Below are positions 25,473 to 35,793 of a DNA stretch of 63,537 nucleotides, piece by piece. A program made the position numbers and the translations under genes. The stretch is taken from NCBI GenBank assembly GCA_902609285.1, contig CACLRL010000005.1:1-63537 (forward strand), in the 5' to 3' direction. Source of the DNA: an uncultured Candidatus Actinomarina sp. (lineage in GTDB: Bacteria > Actinomycetota > Acidimicrobiia > Actinomarinales > Actinomarinaceae). The notes under the pieces were generated by a model that saw only the letters and a list, made by a program, of their open reading frames with translations, did no database searches and was not told the origin of the DNA. The number at the start of each line of letters is the position of its first letter. The first letter of the stretch is position 1.

Positions 25473-25527
25473 TATGTATTTACTTTAACTTATCTGATTC
25501 AATTTTACTAAAAATAAGAGATAGGAT

Positions 25528-26778
25528 TTGAAAAATCAAGTACAACTGGAATGCATTTATCATATGTTTATGGAAGAGGAAGAATTTCAACAACAAGAAT
25601 TATTTGAAACAGAAAAATATATATCTGATCTGGTTGAAGAGAAAACAAAAAAAAGAGGATCATCATTAAATTTAGTTTTTCTATCATCTTTTTTTACAAG
25701 CATTATTGTTTTATCTTTTTTATTCTTTTTTGGCATTTTTGAAGATGAAGAAATTATCCTTCCTGATCCTGTAACGATCACAGAGACAATTAAAGAAAAA
25801 GAACTTGTTGTACCAAGGGTAGATTCCTCAAAAGTTGTTTCAATTGCTGAGATCGCCACAAAAACTATTGTGCAACTGCAAGTTGGAGAGAGAAATAGTG
25901 AGGATGATTTTATTTCTATAGGTGGTGGTTCTGGTGTCGTCATAAATGAAAGAGGTTTGATCATAACTAATCACCATGTAATTGATGAAGCGACTGATGT
26001 AAGAGTTATTTTTGAAGATGGAAGAATGTATGAAGCAAAAATTATTGGGTCAGATAAGTTAACAGATATTGGTGTAATAAAAATTGAAAATGAAAATCTT
26101 ACTCCAATTTCTATTGGTAACAGTGAAGGTGTTTTTGTTGGTGACTTAGCAGTTGCAATAGGACACCCATTAACATTGGGTGCGGCTCCAACAGTGACAA
26201 CAGGTGTTATATCTGCCCTTGATAGAAGGTTAGATGTTGGAAGTGAAAATATGAATAATCCAGTTACGCTTTTTGGATTAATTCAAACTGATGCACCTAT
26301 TACAAGAGGATCTAGTGGAGGAGCTTTGTTAAATAATAATGGAGAGTTGATTGGAATTACAACTGCAATCGCTACAGCAGATGTTGGGGCTGAAGGATTA
26401 GGCTTCGCTGTTCCAATCAATCTTGCACTTGGTATTGTTGAAGACATTCTTGATGATGGAAAGGTTCTGCATGCTTTCTTAGGTATCTTAGGTGCTCAAT
26501 ATTTTGAAGTAGCAGATGACGGAGCACGCATATTTTCAGGAGTCTTGATTGAGGAACTTTATGGCCCAGCAAACGACATTTATGCAATAGGTAAGGCCGG
26601 TGCTTTACCTGGTGATGTAATTAAAAAAATCAATAATGAAAAAATATCTACTCTAGATCAATTAATAACTATTCTCCGAAATAAAAGAGCAGGAGATGAA
26701 ATTACTGTACAAATACTTAGAAATCAAAATATAATTACATTAGATTTCACTCTTGATTTACGACCTTCTGATGTTTAA
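25528..26778 (+). CDS. htrA: HtrA/DegP-family serine protease with a C-terminal PDZ domain
   Basis: TM anchor and trypsin-like catalytic motifs (TNHHV, D..V, GSSGGAL), followed by a PDZ domain. The start codon is uncertain (TTG at 25528 or a downstream ATG). Confidence 0.85.
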   Translation: MKNQVQLECIYHMFMEEEEFQQQELFETEKYISDLVEEKTKKRGSSLNLVFLSSFFTSIIVLSFLFFFGIFEDEEIILPDPVTITETIKEKELVVPRVDSSKVVSIAEIATKTIVQLQVGERNSEDDFISIGGGSGVVINERGLIITNHHVIDEATDVRVIFEDGRMYEAKIIGSDKLTDIGVIKIENENLTPISIGNSEGVFVGDLAVAIGHPLTLGAAPTVTTGVISALDRRLDVGSENMNNPVTLFGLIQTDAPITRGSSGGALLNNNGELIGITTAIATADVGAEGLGFAVPINLALGIVEDILDDGKVLHAFLGILGAQYFEVADDGARIFSGVLIEELYGPANDIYAIGKAGALPGDVIKKINNEKISTLDQLITILRNKRAGDEITVQILRNQNIITLDFTLDLRPSDV

Positions 26779-27830
26779 TGTCTGAAGATATATTTTCCCA
26801 ATTCTTTAATCTTTTCAATAATGAAGAGTCAGGCGTAAATTGGGAATTAGCAAATCAAATTAATAATCACATAACAAAAGATGAGGAAAATATTCCTTTC
26901 GAACTCTCAAATAATGAAATAAATTATGAACAAATTTTTAGAGTAATTGAACTTAAATCCGAAGAAATAAGCAAAAATGAACCTAGACCTAGAGAAATTA
27001 CTTTTTTAACTCCAAAGGAATATGGCCAGTGGTTTATTAAATCTATTAAACACTTTAATTTTGAAAATATTGACTCACCAGAATTATCTTTATTTGGAGG
27101 AATGGGGGGTAATAATATCAAATCATCTATTTTTGGAATGCAATTTGGTAATCTAGCCGGCCTATTAGGTAAATTTTCATGGGGTTTAAGCCAGTTTGGT
27201 CTAATACTTCCACAATCATCAACACTTGGGATAAACCAAAAAAACTTCAATACAAAAATTACGAGTTTCGAAGCAGATGAAAGTAACCTTACATTAGGAT
27301 TATTTGCAATCGAATATACCACATTATGTCTTGGTGTTTATACAGAACCCTTTAAAAATATAATGAACACACTTTCAAAAAGTTCAGAAGAAATGATTGA
27401 AAATCTAAAAGATCTTAATCTTGATATGAACCCTGAAACAATCAATAACCCTCAAGACATGTTTACTAATATTTCTGGAGTAGAGGGTATTGATCCTAGT
27501 AAAGTATTTGAAAATATTGCTGCCCCATTAAGTTTTTATAGATCAGTGATAAAACAGAAATCTAAAGATCTAGGAATTCTTCAAGATGAAAGCATCTTTG
27601 ATTTATTGATGGATTTATCTTTTTCTAATTATGAAAGCCCAACTAAGGACATTGAAACAAAAATTTCTGAATTAGATAATTATTCTGATAATTTTATAAA
27701 TTATCTCGTTGATTCAAAGAGTACATTCAGCATAGAAGAAATTTTAAGTGATTCAGATTTAATTCCAACTATTGACGAATTGTATGACCCGATTAATTGG
27801 GCAACACGTACGTCAATGCCTCCTATATAA
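26778..27830 (+). CDS. DUF2342-like protein (actinobacterial zinc-metalloprotease-like family, Rv3195-like)
   Basis: The N-terminal GVNWELANQI resembles the conserved VNWDLA.QIA start of this family, and the gene sits in the same neighbourhood. The expected HExxH position reads IEYTT. Confidence 0.5.
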   Translation: MSEDIFSQFFNLFNNEESGVNWELANQINNHITKDEENIPFELSNNEINYEQIFRVIELKSEEISKNEPRPREITFLTPKEYGQWFIKSIKHFNFENIDSPELSLFGGMGGNNIKSSIFGMQFGNLAGLLGKFSWGLSQFGLILPQSSTLGINQKNFNTKITSFEADESNLTLGLFAIEYTTLCLGVYTEPFKNIMNTLSKSSEEMIENLKDLNLDMNPETINNPQDMFTNISGVEGIDPSKVFENIAAPLSFYRSVIKQKSKDLGILQDESIFDLLMDLSFSNYESPTKDIETKISELDNYSDNFINYLVDSKSTFSIEEILSDSDLIPTIDELYDPINWATRTSMPPI

Positions 27831-27867
27831 TCAACGTTATTAAAGTATTTTAAAAAAGGAGAAAATA

Positions 27868-28326
27868 ATGAGCTTAAATATTGGCGATTCCATACCTGAA
27901 TTTTCATTAATAAATTATGATAAAGAAAAGTTTGAATCTAAAGATTCTCTAGGAACAAAAACAATGTTTGTTTTTATGCCTTTCCCTTTTAGCAGTGTTT
28001 GTGATGGAGAAATCTGTGAACTACGTGATAATTTGGATTCTTTTAAATCTGCAGAAACTGAAACAGTTATGATAACAGTCGCTGCTCGTCCAACAAATGA
28101 AGCTTGGGCAAAACATAATCAGATAGAGTTTCCAATTCTTGCAGATTTTTGGCCACATGGTGAAGTCTCAAAAATGTTTGGATGTTTTAATGAAGGTGCT
28201 GGAATATCGTTACGATACACCTACATAACTGACGAAAATAATGTTATTACTGAAATCATTAAAAGTGATGAGATTGGAGTAGAAAGAGATTTTCAGGCCT
28301 ACAAGCAAAAATTTAGTATTTCTTAG
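27868..28326 (+). CDS. ahpE: AhpE-like 1-Cys peroxiredoxin
   Basis: FPFSSVCDGEICELRD matches the AhpE/Prx active-site region. The SD is AAAGGAG. Confidence 0.8.
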   Translation: MSLNIGDSIPEFSLINYDKEKFESKDSLGTKTMFVFMPFPFSSVCDGEICELRDNLDSFKSAETETVMITVAARPTNEAWAKHNQIEFPILADFWPHGEVSKMFGCFNEGAGISLRYTYITDENNVITEIIKSDEIGVERDFQAYKQKFSIS

Positions 28327-28604
28327 CCAACTTCTCTGATATCACTGTCATGTATTCTTTGGCGTTTGATTCGTCTTCTTTCTCTTTCAGATAAACCGCC
28401 CCATATACCAAACTTTTCGGAGTTTTCTATTGCGAATTCAAGACAATCTTCTTGTACAGAGCACGCCCTGCAAATAGATTTAGCTTTTCTTGTAGAAGCT
28501 CCCCTTTCAGGAAAAAAAATATCCGCGTCAGCTCCTTTACAATTTGCTTCTTCGGTCCAGGAAGGCATTCCACCTAAAAGTTCTTCGATTATTGATTTTT
28601 CCAC
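28323..28604 (-). CDS. whiB: WhiB-family Fe-S transcriptional regulator
   Basis: Four Cys residues (C-x..-CRAC-x5-C) plus the GIWGG turn and a basic tail. Confidence 0.9.
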   Translation of the reverse strand: MEKSIIEELLGGMPSWTEEANCKGADADIFFPERGASTRKAKSICRACSVQEDCLEFAIENSEKFGIWGGLSERERRRIKRQRIHDSDIREVG

Positions 28605-28729
28605 ATCACCCCTTCTATATTGAAAAACTAAATCACATAAGTGTAATTTATTATTGTAAAGTCGCTATGTCAAGAGGCTTATATCTTAAATAATTAGATG
28701 TAATATTACTTTTATAGGATAATTAATTA

Positions 28730-29185
28730 ATGGCATATCAAAAAATTGTATCAACAGGTTCTGTTTACAAAGGAAAAACTGGGATGTGGCTATATGTGTT
28801 TCATAGGGTCACTGGAGTTGGACTTTTTGGATATTTGCTCCTTCACATTATCTCAACCGCACTGATTCTTTTAGGGCCAGAGATATATGAAGGTGCCGAG
28901 GCAGTTTATAAAAATTTTTATTTTAGAGTTGCTGAAATTGGGCTTATGGCTGCTGTTTTAGGGCATGCAATCAACGGATTAAGAATAATTACGGTAGATT
29001 TGTGGAGTAAAGGATCAGATTATCAAAAACAGCTTAATTTTGTCTCATTATTTATTTTCCTTGTAATTTTTATTCCAACAACATATAAAATGACTACTTC
29101 TTATTTTGATTTATGTCTCCAAAAAAGTTCAAGTGGGACAACTATTGTTGACTGTCTTATAAGGCCTATACCGGATTGGAAATGA
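28730..29185 (+). CDS. sdhC: Succinate dehydrogenase cytochrome b subunit
   Basis: 151 aa membrane protein with haem-ligand His residues; first gene of sdhCDAB. Confidence 0.75.
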   Translation: MAYQKIVSTGSVYKGKTGMWLYVFHRVTGVGLFGYLLLHIISTALILLGPEIYEGAEAVYKNFYFRVAEIGLMAAVLGHAINGLRIITVDLWSKGSDYQKQLNFVSLFIFLVIFIPTTYKMTTSYFDLCLQKSSSGTTIVDCLIRPIPDWK

Positions 29186-29189
29186 AATA

Positions 29190-29585
29190 ATGCAAACTAC
29201 AAGAACTGATTGGGGAAGGCGTCAACCTCCAATTGGTGGATCAAGCTTTGAACTTCAAGCATGGTTCTTTATGAGAGTAAGTGGACTTGTATTAGTATTT
29301 CTTGCAGTCTGGCACATGTTCATAATGCACGTATTCAATGACACACTTAATTTAGATTATGAGTTTGTCGCTGCAAGATGGGAAACTCCATACTGGAGAG
29401 CATTTGATTGGCTTCTTTTAGCGCTCAGTTTGTTGCATGGTACAAATGGTTTAAGAGTTGTAATTCATGATAATATAGCTGATAAAACAATTAAAAAATT
29501 GGCACATAGTGCTTTGTATGGAACTTCTTTAATTTTCTTTTTAATAGGAACTTATGCAATTGTTGCATTTGTAAGGCAAGTATGA
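29190..29585 (+). CDS. sdhD: Succinate dehydrogenase hydrophobic membrane anchor
   Basis: 131 aa, 3 TM helices. Its TGA stop overlaps the sdhA ATG (ATGA). Confidence 0.7.
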   Translation: MQTTRTDWGRRQPPIGGSSFELQAWFFMRVSGLVLVFLAVWHMFIMHVFNDTLNLDYEFVAARWETPYWRAFDWLLLALSLLHGTNGLRVVIHDNIADKTIKKLAHSALYGTSLIFFLIGTYAIVAFVRQV

Positions 29586-31324
29586 AAGTAATTAAACATT
29601 CATTTGATGGTGTAATAGTCGGAGCAGGTGGCGCTGGTCTTAGAGCTGCTATTGAAGCAGCTCCCCATATGAAACTTGCGGTAATAACAAAACTCTATCC
29701 AACAAGATCGCATACTGGTGCTGCCCAAGGTGGCATGAGTGCTGCTCTTGCAAACGTAGAAGAAGATAATTGGAACTGGCACGCTTTTGACACAGTTAAA
29801 GGATCCGATTACCTTGCTGACCAACCTGCAGTTGATATTCTTTGTAAAGAAGCAATTGATGCTGTTATTGAATTAGAGCATTGGGGTCTTCCATTTAGCA
29901 GATTAGATAATGGGAAGATAGCACAAAGACGTTTTGGTGGACATACTGTCAAGGAAGGGACATCTCCAGCATTTAGAGCATGCTATGCAGCTGACAGAAC
30001 AGGGCATATGATTCTTCAGACTCTTTACCAGAAGTGTGTCTCAATGGGAGTTACTTTTTTTGATGAATTCCAAGTTTTAGATATCAAAATCGAAGATGGT
30101 ATTTGTCAAGGTGTAGTAGCTTATGAACTTGCAACGGGAGATATCCATATTTTTGAAACTAGGGCAGTTACTTTTGCAACAGGTGGTTTTGGGAAAATTT
30201 TTAAAGTTAGCTCTAATGCTCACTCTCTAACAGGGGATGGTCCAGGAATACTTTATCAAAAAGGTATACCTTTGGAAGATATGGAATTTTACCAATTCCA
30301 TCCCACTGGTATTTATAGATTAGGAATCCTTCTTTCAGAAGCAGCCAGAGGTGAAGGTGGAATTCTTAGAAATAAAGATGGCGAGAGATTTATGGAAAGA
30401 TATGCCCCTTCAATTAAAGATCTAGCTCCTAGAGATATGGTATCTAGAGCGATTGCTACTGAAATAAGTTCAGGCAATGGTGCAGGTCCAGATAGTGATT
30501 ACGTGTATTTAGATTTAACTCATCTTGGAGCTGAGACAATAAAGAAAAAGCTTCCTGATATTACTGATTTTGTTAGAACTTACGTAAAAATAGAACCAAT
30601 TGAAGAACCTATCCCAGTTCAACCTACCGCCCATTACGCAATGGGTGGAATTCCGACAGATGTAAACTCAAGAGTTTTAAGTGATGAAAAAGGTACGGTA
30701 CTCCCTGGGGTTTACGCAGCAGGGGAAGCTGCTTGTGTAAGTGTTCATGGAGCAAATAGGCTTGGAACAAATTCACTTTTAGACATAGTAGTTTTTGGTA
30801 AGAGAGCTGGCCAAAGTATGGTTGATTATGTAACACAGACAAAACCAAACCAACTAAGCGACAATGCTTCTAATGATCTGACAAAAAAGATTACTAATTT
30901 AATAGAAAAAGAACATACAAATGAATTTTCTGTAGCAAAGATAAGAAAAGATTTACAAGATTCTATGGAAGAAAATGCAAAAATCTTTAGGACAAAAGAA
31001 ACTTTAGAGAAGCAGACTGAAATTTTAGAGGAATTAAGAGAAAGATATGAAAATGTTACAATTTATGACAAAGGTAAAGTTCACAATTCAGAACTTGTAG
31101 AAGCAATAGAGTTAGATTATCTTCTAGATATGTCAGAAGCAACAGTATCGAGTGCACTCGCTAGAAACGAATCTAGAGGTGCTCATTCAAGGCAAGACTA
31201 CCCACATAGAGACGATACTAACTTCATGAAACATTCTTTTGCGTTTAAAAATGATAATTCAGCAAATCTTAAGTATAGAGATGTGGAATTGGGCAAATAC
31301 GAGCCAATGGAGCGAAAATACTGA
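29582..31324 (+). CDS. sdhA: Succinate dehydrogenase flavoprotein subunit
   Basis: GAGGAGLRAA, the FAD-attachment site RSHTGAAQGG, HPTG and RGEGG motifs. Confidence 0.95.
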   Translation: MKVIKHSFDGVIVGAGGAGLRAAIEAAPHMKLAVITKLYPTRSHTGAAQGGMSAALANVEEDNWNWHAFDTVKGSDYLADQPAVDILCKEAIDAVIELEHWGLPFSRLDNGKIAQRRFGGHTVKEGTSPAFRACYAADRTGHMILQTLYQKCVSMGVTFFDEFQVLDIKIEDGICQGVVAYELATGDIHIFETRAVTFATGGFGKIFKVSSNAHSLTGDGPGILYQKGIPLEDMEFYQFHPTGIYRLGILLSEAARGEGGILRNKDGERFMERYAPSIKDLAPRDMVSRAIATEISSGNGAGPDSDYVYLDLTHLGAETIKKKLPDITDFVRTYVKIEPIEEPIPVQPTAHYAMGGIPTDVNSRVLSDEKGTVLPGVYAAGEAACVSVHGANRLGTNSLLDIVVFGKRAGQSMVDYVTQTKPNQLSDNASNDLTKKITNLIEKEHTNEFSVAKIRKDLQDSMEENAKIFRTKETLEKQTEILEELRERYENVTIYDKGKVHNSELVEAIELDYLLDMSEATVSSALARNESRGAHSRQDYPHRDDTNFMKHSFAFKNDNSANLKYRDVELGKYEPMERKY

Positions 31325-32019
31325 TGGATGTTTCAATAAAAATTTTACGTTATGATCCTGAGTCTGACAGAAAAGGGCACTGGGAAAATTATATTGTTGA
31401 TGCTGAACCCGAAGAGAGAATTCTTGATTTACTTCACAAAATAAAATGGTTTGAAGATGGATCACTTTCTTTTAGAAAATCTTGTGCACATGGAGTATGT
31501 GGGTCTGATGCAATGGTTATCAATGGAGAGAACATGTTGGCATGCCAAGTTTTAGTAAAAGAAGTTGGAAATTCATTAAAAATCGAACCTATTCGTGGAC
31601 TTCCCGTAGTAAAAGATTTGATTGTAGACATGGAGCCATTTTTTGATAGTTACAAAAAGGTAATGCCTTATCTTATAAATGAAAAAGAGCCAGGCGATAG
31701 AGAAAGGTTACAATCGCCCGAGGATAGGGATAGATTCGAAGACACAACAAAATGTATCTTATGTGCAGCATGTACAACTAGTTGTCCAGTTTTTTGGACT
31801 GCTGAATCGTATGTTGGACCTGCTGCAATTGTTAATGCTCACAGATTTGTATTTGATTCTAGAGATGAAGGTTCAAAGCAAAGACTTGAGATATTAAAAG
31901 ATGTCAATGGTGCTTTTCGATGTAGAACTGCATTTAATTGTACATCAGCATGTCCAAGAGGAATTCAAGTTACAAAGGCAATTGAAGATATAAAAAGAGA
32001 AACACTTCTGAATAATTAA
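31324..32019 (+). CDS. sdhB: Succinate dehydrogenase iron-sulfur subunit
   Basis: Cys clusters for 2Fe-2S (CAHGVCGSDA..C), 4Fe-4S (CILCAACTTSCP) and 3Fe-4S (CTSACP). Confidence 0.95.
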   Translation: MDVSIKILRYDPESDRKGHWENYIVDAEPEERILDLLHKIKWFEDGSLSFRKSCAHGVCGSDAMVINGENMLACQVLVKEVGNSLKIEPIRGLPVVKDLIVDMEPFFDSYKKVMPYLINEKEPGDRERLQSPEDRDRFEDTTKCILCAACTTSCPVFWTAESYVGPAAIVNAHRFVFDSRDEGSKQRLEILKDVNGAFRCRTAFNCTSACPRGIQVTKAIEDIKRETLLNN

Positions 32020-32309
32020 TGTCTGATTTAAATAAAGATATTGACGAGGTATTAAAAAACTTAAAGCTAGCAAAAAAATCTTTAAGTAATGTCTATTTGA
32101 ATTTGATAGACGAAAAAGATGATGACTTCTTTATAAACTTAGATACTGGAGAAAAAGTCCAAAATCTAAAACATGATAATTACGGTTTAATAATCAAAAT
32201 GACAGTAGAAACATTTAATCAGTTAAAAAATAATGAAAAACATCCAGAAGATCTAATGTTTGAAGAAAAAATAAAAATTTCTGGGGATTTGAATCTACTA
32301 CAAGAATAA
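32019..32309 (+). CDS. SCP2 (sterol-carrier)-like small protein
   Basis: 96 aa. The C-terminal half (MTVETFNQLKNNEKHPEDLMFEEKIKISGDLNLLQE) fits the SCP2 pattern ...G.l.p..afm.GklkikGd. Its ATG overlaps the sdhB TAA by 1 nt. Confidence 0.5.
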   Translation: MSDLNKDIDEVLKNLKLAKKSLSNVYLNLIDEKDDDFFINLDTGEKVQNLKHDNYGLIIKMTVETFNQLKNNEKHPEDLMFEEKIKISGDLNLLQE

Positions 32310-32334
32310 GAAAAGACGGCTTAGCCGTCTTTTC
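32310..32334. terminator. Bidirectional hairpin terminator between the convergent sdh operon and hup
   Basis: AAAAGACGGC-TTA-GCCGTCTTTT, with a perfect 10 bp stem. Confidence 0.6.
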
Positions 32335-32353
32335 AAATGATTAAAATTAATAA

Positions 32354-32627
32354 TTAATTTAAACTATCTTTTAATCCTTTTGCAGCTTTAAAAGCTGGTG
32401 CATTTTTTTGCAGCAATTTGGATTGTTTCTCCGGTTGCTGGATTTCTACCTTGTCTTGCAGCCCTGTATCTTGACTCAAACTGTCCAAAACCTGCGATAC
32501 TTACTTTATCGCCGTTCTTCATACCGTTTGTTATGCCATCAAAAACTGCTTCAACAGCTGCCTTTGCGTCTGATTGTGACAATCCTACTTCAGATGCCAC
32601 TACGCTTGCCAATTGGTCTTTATTCAT
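32354..32627 (-). CDS. hup: DNA-binding protein HU, interrupted by a 1-nt homopolymer frameshift (ORF track sees only 32388..32627)
   Basis: The ORF gives canonical HU up to ..GRNPATGETIQIAAK, then ends aberrantly (KCTSF*). Removing one A from the A7 run (plus-strand T7 at 32403-32409) restores ..IAAKNAPAFKAAKGLKDSLN* and a 90 aa canonical HU. Confidence 0.85.
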
Positions 32628-32733
32628 AGCTGTTTTGCCTTTCTTTAATATTTCCTACAACAATTATAGTTTTTTTAGAGAAAATTTCTTAAAAATACAA
32701 TAAAGATTGGGTTTTTTTATTAAAAGGCTGATT

Positions 32734-33672
32734 TTATTGATTTTTTATGTTATTAAGCTCTTCTACTTTACTTTTTACTGAATTTGATGCTTCTATTAAA
32801 GCATTTTTTTCATTTTCTAAAAGATCGAACTCGACGATTTCAGTAACCCCATCCTTGCCAAGTTTTGCTGGTACTCCAAGATAAACATCATTAATGCCAT
32901 ACTGCCCTTCTATCCAAGCACATACTGGAAAAATTTCATTTGAATTATTGATGATTGACCTTACCATGGTTGCTGCTGACGATGCTGGAGCAAAGTAAGC
33001 ACTTCCAGTTTTTAATAACCCAACAATCTCGGCACCACCATTTGATGTTTTTTCAACGAGATCATTAATATCAGAATCACTCAAAATATCAGTTAAAGGC
33101 TCACCTTTTACAGTGCACAAAGATGGAACAGGAACCATTGTCTCACCATGACTTCCTAAAGTTAGTGCATAAACATCAGATGTATCAACAGAAAGTTTTT
33201 CAGCAATGAAGTAGGCAAACCTTGAAGAATCCAGCACTCCTGCTTGCCCAATTACTTTATTTTTTGGCAATCCAGAGACTTGTGAAGCAAGAGTTGTCAT
33301 TTGATCTAAAGGATTAGTAACAACAATAATTGAAGGGTTGTCCGAATATTTTAATATTTCTTGGGTTACGGTTTCCACAATTTTTGCGTTTACTTCAAGT
33401 AAATCCATACGAGACATTCCAGGTTTTCTAGGCAGACCAGCTGTTATTACAACAACATCGCTTCCTGCTGTGTCTTTATAATCATTTGTTCCAACAAGTT
33501 TGGTATTAAATTTTTCTACAAAGCGTGACTGATTAATATCAAGAGCTAATCCTTGTGGCAATCCCTCTACTATGTCAGTCATAACAACTTCTTTAACAAT
33601 ATTGTACTCAGCAATTCTTAATGCCGTCATTGAGCCATACTTACCAGCACCTATTACAGTAACTTTTTCCAT
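32734..33672 (-). CDS. mdh: Malate dehydrogenase (LDH-like type)
   Basis: KVTVIGAGKYG Rossmann motif, the ITAGLPRKPGMSR substrate loop and catalytic GSHG. Confidence 0.9.
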   Translation of the reverse strand: MEKVTVIGAGKYGSMTALRIAEYNIVKEVVMTDIVEGLPQGLALDINQSRFVEKFNTKLVGTNDYKDTAGSDVVVITAGLPRKPGMSRMDLLEVNAKIVETVTQEILKYSDNPSIIVVTNPLDQMTTLASQVSGLPKNKVIGQAGVLDSSRFAYFIAEKLSVDTSDVYALTLGSHGETMVPVPSLCTVKGEPLTDILSDSDINDLVEKTSNGGAEIVGLLKTGSAYFAPASSAATMVRSIINNSNEIFPVCAWIEGQYGINDVYLGVPAKLGKDGVTEIVEFDLLENEKNALIEASNSVKSKVEELNNIKNQ

Positions 33673-33674
33673 TG

Positions 33675-34925
33675 CTACCTCTTATCTTTCTTCAAAGGTT
33701 TCATATTATTAATTAACGCATCAGCAAAACCAGACGAAGACAATGTTTTAGCATTACTCCTACCTCTTGCTAGGTCATAAGTAACTTTACCTTCAAGAAT
33801 TGTCTTCTCCATCGTTTCAACGATTAAATCTGCTGCCGTATTCCAGCCCATATATCTGAACATCATGACTCCAGATAAAATTAAAGAACCTGGATTTGTT
33901 TTATCTTGACCTGCATATTTTGGGGCTGTACCATGTGTAGCTTCAAAAACTGCCTTTCCGTTCTCATAATTAATATTTCCACCTGGACTAATACCAATAC
34001 CACCAATTTGTGCAGCCAAAGCATCAGAAGCATAATCACCATTCAAATTAGTTGTTGCAATAACATCAAACATTTGTGGTTTTATAAGTATTTGTTGAAG
34101 AAATGCATCTGCAATAACATCCTGGACCAAAATTTTATCACCAGGTTCACCTTTACATTCCTCCCAAGAAACTGCAACATCTGAGAACTCAGATTTAACT
34201 AAATCATACCCCCATTTTCTAAAAGCACCTTCGGTATATTTCATGATGTTACCTTTATGTACTATCGCAACATTCTTTTTGTTGTTCTCTACTGCGTAAT
34301 TTAAGGAAGCTCTTATAAGTCTTTCTGATGCAGTTTGGGATATAGGCTTAATACCTATTCCACTATCTGTTCTTATTTCCCATGCAAATTCTTCTTTTAA
34401 AAATTTATTGAGCTTTTCAACATCACCCGTTGAATTTTCTAACTCTTTTCCAGCGTATACATCTTCTGTATTTTCTCTAAACAAAGTGATATCAACGTCT
34501 TGAGGATTTTTTGTTGGAGTTTGTATTCCTTTGAAGTATTTAATTGGACGAAGACAAACATATAAATCCAATTCTTGTCTTATGGCTACATTGATCGATC
34601 TAATCCCTTCTCCAACAGGAGTTGTTAAAGGGCCCTTGATACCCACACCAAAATCATTGAATGTTTGAAGTGTTTTGTCAGGAAGCCATTCATTTGTATT
34701 ATCAAAAGCTTTTTGTCCGGCTAAAACTTCTACCCAATCAATCTTTCTATCGTTTTTGTATGCTTTTTCTACTGCTGCATCGAAAACTTTTTTTGAAGCT
34801 GGCCATATATCAATTCCAATTCCATCACCCTCAATAAATGGAACTGTAGGGCTGTCCGTATTAAAAGACTCTCTGGTAGCTTCAATAGCATTTATTAAAT
34901 CTATTCTCTTAAGATTTTCAACCAC
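33675..34925 (-). CDS. icd: Isocitrate dehydrogenase (NADP, homodimeric prokaryotic type)
   Basis: 416 aa with the [23 protein letters not shown] signature. Confidence 0.9.
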   Translation of the reverse strand: MVENLKRIDLINAIEATRESFNTDSPTVPFIEGDGIGIDIWPASKKVFDAAVEKAYKNDRKIDWVEVLAGQKAFDNTNEWLPDKTLQTFNDFGVGIKGPLTTPVGEGIRSINVAIRQELDLYVCLRPIKYFKGIQTPTKNPQDVDITLFRENTEDVYAGKELENSTGDVEKLNKFLKEEFAWEIRTDSGIGIKPISQTASERLIRASLNYAVENNKKNVAIVHKGNIMKYTEGAFRKWGYDLVKSEFSDVAVSWEECKGEPGDKILVQDVIADAFLQQILIKPQMFDVIATTNLNGDYASDALAAQIGGIGISPGGNINYENGKAVFEATHGTAPKYAGQDKTNPGSLILSGVMMFRYMGWNTAADLIVETMEKTILEGKVTYDLARGRSNAKTLSSSGFADALINNMKPLKKDKR

Positions 34926-35793
34926 TTATTGCTTCTTTCATTGCTTCTCCAATTTCAGTTGGCGTTTTAACCACTGTTGCTCCAGCTGATGTTAATTCTT
35001 GAATTTTTACCTTTGCAGTTCCTTTATTTCCTGATACGATTGCTCCAGCATGGCCCATTTTTTTACCAGGTGGAGCAGTTACTCCCGCTATGTAAGATAC
35101 TACAGGTTTTGAAATATTTTTCTTTATATATTCTGCAGCTTCTTCTTCAGCAGTTCCCCCAATTTCCCCAATCATTACAATTCCATTTGTATCATCATCT
35201 TTTTCAAATTTTTCAATCACATCTATAAATGACATTCCCGGAACAGGATCTCCACCTATACCGATACAAGTTGACTGACCAATATTAAGTTTGGTAAGTT
35301 CATGAACAGCTTGATAAGTTAAAGTTCCTGATCTAGATACCACTCCGATATTTCCAGGAAGTGTAATTTCATGTGGCATTATTCCTACATTTGCTTTTCC
35401 AGGAGATATTAAACCAGGGCAGTTTGGTCCAAGCAATAAGGAATCCGTTTCTTTTTTTAAAATATCATACATTTCTGCCTCATCTTTTGCTGGAATACCT
35501 TCGGTTATGCATACAATTAATTTACAACCTCCAAAAGCAGCTTCTAAGACTGCTTCTTTTGCAAAAGAAGGTGGTACAAAAGTTAATGCTACATCTGCTT
35601 TTGTTTCTGAAACAGCGTCTTTAATCGTATCAAAAATTGGTATTCCTTCTACATTCTCTCCACCTTTTCCAGGCCTAGTTCCTGCTACTACATTTGTTCC
35701 GTAAGCTCTATTCCTAAGTGCATGAAATTGGCCCTCCCTTCCTGTGAGTCCCTGTACAACTACTTTAGAGTTCTCATCTATAAGAATGGACAT
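34918..35793 (-). CDS. sucD: Succinyl-CoA synthetase alpha subunit
   Basis: [17 protein letters not shown] and the GHAGA phosphohistidine loop. Confidence 0.95.
   Translation of the reverse strand: MSILIDENSKVVVQGLTGREGQFHALRNRAYGTNVVAGTRPGKGGENVEGIPIFDTIKDAVSETKADVALTFVPPSFAKEAVLEAAFGGCKLIVCITEGIPAKDEAEMYDILKKETDSLLLGPNCPGLISPGKANVGIMPHEITLPGNIGVVSRSGTLTYQAVHELTKLNIGQSTCIGIGGDPVPGMSFIDVIEKFEKDDDTNGIVMIGEIGGTAEEEAAEYIKKNISKPVVSYIAGVTAPPGKKMGHAGAIVSGNKGTAKVKIQELTSAGATVVKTPTEIGEAMKEAISG

Noticed and set aside
32403-32409. The breaks in hup, pheA, aroQ and cbiQ might be programmed ribosomal frameshifting or phase variation.
   Set aside because: All of these breaks are one extra base in a plain A/T homopolymer inside housekeeping genes. 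None has a slippery heptamer plus a stimulatory structure, and there is no regulatory logic. Systematic homopolymer over-calling is the simpler explanation, though only reads can prove it.
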